DNA of 64,000 bases from the human T2T-CHM13v2.0 reference genome, Homo sapiens. A program made the translations under genes and the position numbers. The DNA is taken from assembly GCF_009914755.1 (NCBI RefSeq), contig NC_060948.1; one strand, given 5' to 3'. Shown in pieces: positions 54,901 to 64,000 of this stretch (its first letter is position 1; each line of letters opens with the position of its first letter). The notes under the pieces are model-generated. The model did no database searches. It was not told the origin of the DNA and saw nothing but the letters and a program-made list of their open reading frames with translations.

Positions 54901-57900
54901 TGGAGTGGAATGGAGGGTAATGGAGTGGAATGGAGTGGAGTGGAGTAGAGTGGAATGGGTTGGAGTGGAATGCAGAGGACAGGAGTGGAGTGTGGTGGAC
55001 TGGAGTGGAGTGGAGTTGAGTGGAGTGGATTGGATTGAAATAGAGCGGAGCAGAGTGGAATGGAATTGAATCACATGGTACTGAATCAAATCGAATGGAA
55101 TTAAATCGAATGAAAAAACGGAATCAAAAGCAAACGAATGGAGTCAAACCACATTGGTTAGACTGACATCGAATAATATCAAAAGAAATGTGGTGAAGTG
55201 GAGTGGAGTGTAATGAAATGGGGTGGAATGAAATTGAATGGAGTGGAGTGGAGTGGAGTCTACTGGAGTGGAATGGAATGGAATGGAAAGGAATGGAATA
55301 GAATGGAGTGAAGGGCAGTGCAGTGAAATGGAGTGGAAAGGAATGGAATGGAAAGAATTGAATCAAATGGAATCGAAGTGAATCGAATCTAATGAAATTG
55401 AACGCAAAAAATGGAATGAGTAGAATCGAAAAAGATGGATTCAAATGGCAACAAATAAAATTGAATGGAATGCGGTGAGGTGGAGGGGATTGGAATGGAG
55501 TTGAATGGAATGGGGTGTAATTGAATTGAATGGAGTGGAGTGGAGTGAACTGGAGTGGAATGGAATGGAATGGGCAGGCATGGAATTGAAAGGCGTGGAG
55601 TGGAGTGGAATTGAGAGGAGTGGAATGGAGTAGGGTGGATTGTGGTGGAGAATATTGGAAAAGAGTGGAGTGGAATGGAATGGAATGGAGTGGAGTGGAA
55701 TGGAATGGAAAGGAATTGAGTGAAGTGGAGTGTAGTGGAATGGAGAGTAATGGAGTGGAGTGGACTGGAGTGGAGTAGATTGCAGTGCATTGGACTGTAG
55801 GGGATAGAAGTGGCTTGGAGTCCATAGGAGTGGAGTGGAATAGAATGGAATGGAGTGGAATGGACTGGAACGGAATGGAATGGAATGGATTTAAATGGCA
55901 GGGAATCAAATCGAATTGAATCATATTGAATCAAGTCGAATCGAGTGGAGGAAAGAAATCGAATGAAATCGAATGGAATGAATTGAATGGAGTCGAACAT
56001 CAACCATGGAATCGAAAGTAATGTGGTAAAGTGGAGTGGAGTGTTATGGAGTGGAATGGAAGGGGGTGACATGGAATTGAATACAATGGAGAGGAGTGGA
56101 GTGGATTGGGCTAGAGTGGAACGGAAAGGGAAGGAATGGAACTGAATGGAGTGGAGTGGAATGGAGCGGAATGGAATGGAATGGAATGGAATGGAATGGA
56201 ATGGAATGGAACGGAATGGAGTGGAATGGAATCGAATGACATGGAACTGAATGAAACCGAATTGAATGAAATTGAATGGAGAAAATGGAATCAAATGGAA
56301 TCAAATCGAACGGATTCGAATGTCATTGAATGGAATCGAAAGGAATGCAGTGAGGTGGGGTTGAGTGGAATGGAGTGGAATGGAATGGGATGAGTGGAAT
56401 TGAATGGAGTGGAGTGGAATGGAATGGAATGGAAAGGAATGGAATTGAACAAAATGGAGTGTAATAGAATGGAGTGGATTGGAGTGGAGTGCAGGGGAGT
56501 GCAGTGGAATGAAGAGGAGTGTAGTTGAATGGAATGGGATGTATGGAATGTACTGGAATAGAATGGATAAGAATGGAATGGAATGGAATCGCATGGAATT
56601 GAATAGAATCAAATCGAATTGAATAGAATCTAATGGAAAAAATGGAGTCAAATGGAATCGAATGGCATAGAATCGAACGGTTTTGAATGGCAGTGAAGGG
56701 AAACGAATGGAATGCGATGAAGTGGAGCGCAGTGGAGTGGAAAGGAGTGCAATGGAATAGGGTGGAACTGAATTTAATGGAACAGAGTGGATTGGAGTGG
56801 ACTGGAGTGGAATGGAATGGGAAGGAATGGGATTGAAAGGAGTGGCGTGCAGTGGAGTGGAGTGGCATGGAGTGGAGTGGAGTGGAATGGAGTGGAATGG
56901 AATGGAGTGGAATGGAGTGGATTGGAATGGAATGGAGTGCAGAGGAATGGAATGGAATGGTATAGAGTGGACAGGAATGGAGTGGAGCGGATTGGAATGG
57001 AATGGAATGGAACTGAATGGACTGGAATGGAATGGAATAGAATGGAATCACAGGGAATCAAATTGGATTGAATCGAATCGAATGGAAAAAATGAAATCAA
57101 ATGAAATTGAATGGAATCGAAATGAATGTAAACAATGGAATCCAATGGAATCCAATGGAATCGAATCAAATGGTTTTGAATGGCGTAAAATGAGATCGCA
57201 AGGAAGGCAGTGAATTGGAGTGGAGTGGAATAGAGAGGAATGAATTGGAATGGAGTGGAGTGGAATGGAGTGGATTCCAGTGGAGTGGAGTGGATTGGAT
57301 TTTAATGGAATGGAATAGACTGGATTGGAGTGGTGTAGAGTGCAGTGGATTGGAGTGGAGAGGAATGGAGTGGAGTGAAGTCGAGTTGAGTGGAATGGAA
57401 TGGAGTGGAGCAGAGTGGAATGCAAAAGAATGAAGTGGATTGGTGTGGAATGGAATGGCGTGGAATGGAGTGGAATAGAATGGAATGGAATCGCATGGAA
57501 GGATATCAAATCAAATGGAATCGAAGGAAAATTATGAATCCAATGGAATCGAAAAGATTCCAAAGGAACGGATTCGAAAGGCCTTTAATGGAATGGAAAG
57601 GTATGCAGTGAAGTGGAGTGGAGTGGAGTGGATTGTTTTAGAGTGAAATGGGGTGGATTGGAACACTATGTGGTGGAGTGGAGTGTAGTGGATCGGAGTG
57701 GAGTGCCGTGGAGTGGACTAGAGTGGGGTGGAGTGGAGTGCATTGGAGTGGAATGGAGTGGAGTGGGGTGGAATGGAATGGAATGGCATCAAATCGCATG
57801 GTAATGAATCAAATGGAATCAAATGGAATGAAATAATGGAATCGAAGGCAAACGAATGGAATCGAATTGCACTGATTCTACTGACTTCGAAGAAAATGAA

Positions 57901-60900
57901 ATGAAATGCGGTGAAGTGGAGTGGAGTGGAATGTATTAGGGTGGAATGGAATTGAATGGTGTGGAGTGGAGTGGAGTGCCCAGGAGTGGAATGGGAAGAA
58001 ATGGAATTGAACGGAGTGGAGTGGAGTGGAATGGAGGGTAATGGAGTGGAATGGAGTGGAGTGGAGTAGAGTGGAATGGGTTGGAGTGGAATGCAGAGGA
58101 CAGGAGTGGAGTGTGGTGGACTGGAGTGGAGTGGAGTTGAGTGGAGTGGATTGGATTGAAATAGAGCGGAGCAGAGTGGAATGGAATTGAATCACATGGT
58201 ACTGAATCAAATCGAATGGAATTAAATCGAATGAAAAAACGGAATCAAAAGCAAACGAATGGAGTCAAACCACATTGGTTAGACTGACATCGAATAATAT
58301 CAAAAGAAATGTGGTGAAGTGGAGTGGAGTGTAATGAAATGGGGTGGAATGAAATTGAATGGAGTGGAGTGGAGTGGAGTCTACTGGAGTGGAATGGAAT
58401 GGAATGGAAAGGAATGGAATAGAATGGAGTGAAGGGCAGTGCAGTGAAATGGAGTGGAAAGGAATGGAATGGAAAGAATTGAATCAAATGGAATCGAAGT
58501 GAATCGAATCTAATGAAATTGAACGCAAAAAATGGAATGAGTAGAATCGAAAAAGATGGATTCAAATGGCAACAAATAAAATTGAATGGAATGCGGTGAG
58601 GTGGAGGGGATTGGAATGGAGTTGAATGGAATGGGGTGTAATTGAATTGAATGGAGTGGAGTGGAGTGAACTGGAGTGGAATGGAATGGAATGGGCCGGC
58701 ATGGAATTGAAAGGCGTGGACTGGAGTGGAGTTGAGATGAGTGGAATGGAGTAGGGTGGATTGTGGTGGAGAATATTGGAAAAGAGTGGAGTGGAATGGA
58801 ATGGAATGGAGTGGAGTGGAATGGAATGGAATGGAATTGAGTGAAGTGGAGTGTAGTGGAATGGGGAGTAATGGAGTGGAGTGGACTGGAGTGGAGTAGA
58901 TTGCAGTGCATTGGACTGTAGGGGATAGAAGTGGCTTGGAGTCCATAGGAGTGGAGTGGAATGGAATGGAATGGAGTGGAATGGACTGGAACGGAATGGA
59001 ATGGAATGGATTTAAATGGCAGGGAATCAAATCGAATTGAATCATATTGAATCAAGTCGAATCGAGTGGAGGAAAGAAATCGAATGAAATCGAATGGAAT
59101 GAATTGAATGGAGTCGAATATCAACCATGGAATCGAAAGTAATGTGGTAAAGTGGAGTGGAGTGTTATGGAGTGGAATGGAAGGGGGTGACATGGAATTG
59201 AATACAGTGGAGAGGAGTGGAGTGGATTGGGCTAGAGTGGAAAGGAAAGGGAAGGAATGAAACTGAATGGAGTGGAGTGGAATGGAGTGGAATGGAATGG
59301 AATGGAATGGAATGGAATGGAATGGAATGGAACGGAATGGAGTGGAATGGAATCGAATCACATGGAACTGAATGAAACCGAATTGAATGAAATTGAATGG
59401 AGAAAATGGAATCAAATGGAATCAAATCGAACGGATTCGAATGTCATTGAATGGAATCGAAAGGAATGCAGTGAGGTGGGGTTGAGTGGAATGGAGTGGA
59501 ATGGAATGGGATGAATGGAATTGAATGGAGTGGAGTGGAATGGAATCATATGGAAAGGAATGGAATTGAACAAAATGGAGTGTAGTAGAATGGAGTGGAT
59601 TGGAGTGGAGTGCAGGGGAGTGCAGTGGAATGAAGAGGAGTGTAGTTGAATGGAATGGAATGTATGGAATGTACTGGAATAGAATGGATAAGAATGGAAT
59701 GGAATGGAATCGCATGGAATTGAATAGAATCAAATCGAATTGAATAGAATCAAATGGAAAAAATGGAGTCAAATGGAATCGAATGGCATAGAATCGAACG
59801 GTTTTGAATGTCAGTGAATGGAAACGAATGGAATGCGATGAAGTGGAGCGCAGTGGAGTGGAAAGGAGTGCAATGGAATAGGGTGGAACTGAATTTAATG
59901 GAACAGAGTGGATTGGAGTGGACTGGAGTGGAATGGAATGGGAAGGAATGGGATTGAAAGGAGTGGCGTGCAGTGGAGTGGAGTGGCATGGAGTGGAGTG
60001 GAGTGGAATGGAGTGGAATGGAATGGAGTGGAATGGAGTGTATTGGAATGGAATGGAGTGCAGAGGAATGGAATGGAATGGTATAGAGTGGACAGGATTG
60101 GAGTGGAGCGGATTGGAATGGAATGGAATGGAATGGAATGGAACTGAATGGACTGGAATGGAATGGAATAGAATGGAATCACAGGGAATCAAATTGGATT
60201 GAATCGAATCGAATGGAAAAAATGAAATCAAATGAAATTGAATGGAATCGAAATGAATGTAAACAATGGAATCCAATGGAATCCAATGGAATCGAATCAA
60301 ATGGTTTTGAATGGCGTAAAATGAAATCGCAAGGAAGGCAGTGAATTGGAGTGGAGTGGAATAGAGAGGAATGAATTGGAATGGAGTGGAGTGGAATGGA
60401 GTGGATTCCAGTGGAGTGGAGTGGATTGGATTTTAATGGAATGGAATAGACTGGATTGGAGTGGTGTAGAGTGCAGTGGATTGGAGTGGAGAGGAATGGA
60501 GTGGAGTGAAGTCGAGTTGAGTGGAATGGAATGGAGTGGAGCAGAGTGGAATGCAAAAGAATGAAGTGGATTGGTGTGGAATGGAATGGCGTGGAATGGA
60601 GTGGAATAGAATGGAATGGAATCGCATGGAAGGATATCAAATCAAATGGAATCGAACGAAAATTATGAATCCAATGGAATCAAAAGGATTCCAAAGGAAA
60701 GGATTCGAAAGGCCTTTAATGGAATGGAAAGGTATACAGTGAAGTGGAGTGCAGTGGAGTGGATTGTTTTAGAGTGAAATGGGGTGGATTGGAACACTAT
60801 GTGATGGAGTGGAGTGTAGTGGATCGGAGTGGAGTGCCGTGGAGTGGACTAGAGTGGGGTGGAGTGGAGTGCATTGGAGTGGAATGGAGTGGAGTGGGGT

Positions 60901-63900
60901 GGAATGGAATGGAATGGCATCAAATCGCATGGTAATGAATCAAATGGAATCAAATGGAATGAAATAATGGAATCGAAGGCAAACGAATGGAATCGAATTG
61001 CACTGATTCTACTGACTTCGAAGAAAATGAAATGAAATGCGGTGAAGTGGAGTGGAGTGGAATGTATTAGGGTGGAATGGAATTGAATGGTGTGGAGTGG
61101 AGTGGAGTGCCCAGGAGTGGAATGGGAAGAAATGGAATTGAACGGAGTGGAGTGGAGTGGAATGGAGGGTAATGGAGTGGAATGGAGTGGAGTGGAGTAG
61201 AGTGGAATGGGTTGGAGTGGAATGCAGAGGACAGGAGTGGAGTGTGGTGGACTGGAGTGGAGTGGAGTTGAGTGGAGTGGATTGGATTGAAATAGAGCGG
61301 AGCAGAGTGGAATGGAATTGAATCACATGGTACTGAATCAAATCGAATGGAATTAAATCGAATGAAAAAACGGAATCAAAAGCAAACGAATGGAGTCAAA
61401 CCACATTGGTTAGACTGACATCGAATAATATCAAAAGAAATGTGGTGAAGTGGAGTGGAGTGTAATGAAATGGGGTGGAATGAAATTGAATGGAGTGGAG
61501 TGGAGTGGAGTCTACTGGAGTGGAATGGAATGGAATGGAAAGGAATGGAATAGAATGGAGTGAAGGGCAGTGCAGTGAAATGGAGTGGAAAGGAATGGAA
61601 TGGAAAGAATTGAATCAAATGGAATCGAAGTGAATCGAATCTAATGAAATTGAACGCAAAAAATGGAATGAGTAGAATCGAAAAAGATGGATTCAAATGG
61701 CAACAAATAAAATTGAATGGAATGCGGTGAGGTGGAGGGGATTGGAATGGAGTTGAATGGAATGGGGTGTAATTGAATTGAATGGAGTGGAGTGGAGTGA
61801 ACTGGAGTGGAATGGAATGGAATGGGCAGGCATGGAATTGAAAGGCGTGGAGTGGAGTGGAATTGAGAGGAGTGGAATGGAGTAGGGTGGATTGTGGTGG
61901 AGAATATTGGAAAAGAGTGGAGTGGAATGGAATGGAATGGAGTGGAGTGGAATGGAATGGAAAGGAATTGAGTGAAGTGGAGTGTAGTGGAATGGAGAGT
62001 AATGGAGTGGAGTGGACTGGAGTGGAGTAGATTGCAGTGCATTGGACTGTAGGGGATAGAAGTGGCTTGGAGTCCATAGGAGTGGAGTGGAATAGAATGG
62101 AATGGAGTGGAATGGACTGGAACGGAATGGAATGGAATGGATTTAAATGGCAGGGAATCAAATCGAATTGAATCATATTGAATCAAGTCGAATCGAGTGG
62201 AGGAAAGAAATCGAATGAAATCGAATGGAATGAATTGAATGGAGTCGAACATCAACCATGGAATCGAAAGTAATGTGGTAAAGTGGAGTGGAGTGTTATG
62301 GAGTGGAATGGAAGGGGGTGACATGGAATTGAATACAATGGAGAGGAGTGGAGTGGATTGGGCTAGAGTGGAACGGAAAGGGAAGGAATGGAACTGAATG
62401 GAGTGGAGTGGAATGGAGCGGAATGGAATGGAATGGAATGGAATGGAATGGAATGGAATGGAACGGAATGGAGTGGAATGGAATCGAATGACATGGAACT
62501 GAATGAAACCGAATTGAATGAAATTGAATGGAGAAAATGGAATCAAATGGAATCAAATCGAACGGATTCGAATGTCATTGAATGGAATCGAAAGGAATGC
62601 AGTGAGGTGGGGTTGAGTGGAATGGAGTGGAATGGAATGGGATGAGTGGAATTGAATGGAGTGGAGTGGAATGGAATGGAATGGAAAGGAATGGAATTGA
62701 ACAAAATGGAGTGTAATAGAATGGAGTGGATTGGAGTGGAGTGCAGGGGAGTGCAGTGGAATGAAGAGGAGTGTAGTTGAATGGAATGGGATGTATGGAA
62801 TGTACTGGAATAGAATGGATAAGAATGGAATGGAATGGAATCGCATGGAATTGAATAGAATCAAATCGAATTGAATAGAATCTAATGGAAAAAATGGAGT
62901 CAAATGGAATCGAATGGCATAGAATCGAACGGTTTTGAATGGCAGTGAAGGGAAACGAATGGAATGCGATGAAGTGGAGCGCAGTGGAGTGGAAAGGAGT
63001 GCAATGGAATAGGGTGGAACTGAATTTAATGGAACAGAGTGGATTGGAGTGGACTGGAGTGGAATGGAATGGGAAGGAATGGGATTGAAAGGAGTGGCGT
63101 GCAGTGGAGTGGAGTGGCATGGAGTGGAGTGGAGTGGAATGGAGTGGAATGGAATGGAGTGGAATGGAGTGGATTGGAATGGAATGGAGTGCAGAGGAAT
63201 GGAATGGAATGGTATAGAGTGGACAGGAATGGAGTGGAGCGGATTGGAATGGAATGGAATGGAACTGAATGGACTGGAATGGAATGGAATAGAATGGAAT
63301 CACAGGGAATCAAATTGGATTGAATCGAATCGAATGGAAAAAATGAAATCAAATGAAATTGAATGGAATCGAAATGAATGTAAACAATGGAATCCAATGG
63401 AATCCAATGGAATCGAATCAAATGGTTTTGAATGGCGTAAAATGAGATCGCAAGGAAGGCAGTGAATTGGAGTGGAGTGGAATAGAGAGGAATGAATTGG
63501 AATGGAGTGGAGTGGAATGGAGTGGATTCCAGTGGAGTGGAGTGGATTGGATTTTAATGGAATGGAATAGACTGGATTGGAGTGGTGTAGAGTGCAGTGG
63601 ATTGGAGTGGAGAGGAATGGAGTGGAGTGAAGTCGAGTTGAGTGGAATGGAATGGAGTGGAGCAGAGTGGAATGCAAAAGAATGAAGTGGATTGGTGTGG
63701 AATGGAATGGCGTGGAATGGAGTGGAATAGAATGGAATGGAATCGCATGGAAGGATATCAAATCAAATGGAATCGAAGGAAAATTATGAATCCAATGGAA
63801 TCGAAAAGATTCCAAAGGAACGGATTCGAAAGGCCTTTAATGGAATGGAAAGGTATGCAGTGAAGTGGAGTGGAGTGGAGTGGATTGTTTTAGAGTGAAA

Positions 63901-64000
63901 TGGGGTGGATTGGAACACTATGTGGTGGAGTGGAGTGTAGTGGATCGGAGTGGAGTGCCGTGGAGTGGACTAGAGTGGGGTGGAGTGGAGTGCATTGGAG
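51958..64000 (+). repeat. Two near-identical 6252-bp dimer copies
   Basis: ORF-track translations repeat identically at +6252 (e.g. 51993/58245, 53170/59422, 55124/61376). The private variant GGGGAGTAAT is seen only at ~52611 and ~58863. Confidence 0.85.

Larger units (their letters stand above)
1..64000 (+). repeat. Satellite 3 (HSat3-type) pentameric satellite array, (GGAAT/GGAGT)n on + strand, (CATTC/CACTC)n on - strand; runs off both ends of the window
   Basis: Every line consists of GGAAT, GGAGT, GGATT, GGACT, GAATC and single-substitution variants. There is no non-satellite insertion and no strand switch. (GGAAT)n is the established HSat3 core. The high GGAGT content suggests an HSat3B-like subfamily (inference). 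Confidence 0.97.
26461..64000 (+). repeat. Higher-order repeat family B: about 12 tandem copies of a ~3.13 kb unit (8 internal monomers), organised as a ~6.25 kb X/Y dimer
   Basis: The homologous anchor recurs at 29065, 32191, 34890, 38031, 41152, 44283, 47414, 50545, 53666, 56797, 59918, 63049 (periods 3126, 2699, 3141, 3121, 3131, 3131, 3131, 3121, 3131, 3121, 3131). B-specific landmarks include GACTTCGAAGAAAA, AAACCACATTGGTTAGACTGAC, GGAGAATATTGGAAAAG and GGATTTAAATGGCAGGG. Confidence 0.95.

Noticed and set aside
18-63863. Short plus-strand ORFs (MEWNG/VEWSG repeats)
   Set aside because: These are direct translations of (GGAAT/GGAGT)n in overlapping frames, a well-known source of spurious proteins. 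There is no coding evidence.
1-64000. Assignment to DYZ1 (Yq12) or another named chromosome-specific array
   Set aside because: The periods (2.87, 3.13, 6.25 kb) and high GGAGT content do not match the ~3.5 kb DYZ1 unit. A positive assignment needs alignment to T2T assemblies, which I cannot run.
1-64000. Inversions, Alu/L1 insertions, telomeric repeats or canonical G-quadruplex arrays
   Set aside because: I saw no CATTC-strand segment, foreign sequence or TTAGGG array. G-runs are mostly GG, with only isolated GGG or longer runs.

Overview
The whole 64 kb window is one uninterrupted, single-orientation array of (GGAAT/GGAGT)n pentameric satellite of the human/great-ape Satellite 3 (HSat3) type, rich in GGAGT (CACTC). 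I find no credible gene, RNA gene, transposon or CRISPR array, and no evidence of a new protein-coding system; the listed ORFs are translation artefacts of the pentamer. What is interesting is the hierarchical repeat architecture. (1) The base unit is a 5-bp pentamer. (2) Pentamers form an ancient ~310-550 bp monomer: a GGAGT/GGAAT tract plus a ~100-150 bp CpG/TCGA-rich block ending in a conserved boundary motif. (3) Monomers form two higher-order units: a 7-monomer ~2.87 kb unit (family A, 1-~26460) and an 8-monomer ~3.13 kb unit (family B, ~26460-64000), joined in register at a sharp junction. (4) Family B alternates X and Y units into a ~6.25 kb dimer, interrupted once by an out-of-register 2699-bp duplication at 34890. 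Coordinates and periods were counted by eye using the ORF track as anchors. Subfamily, chromosome and species cannot be fixed without a database search.
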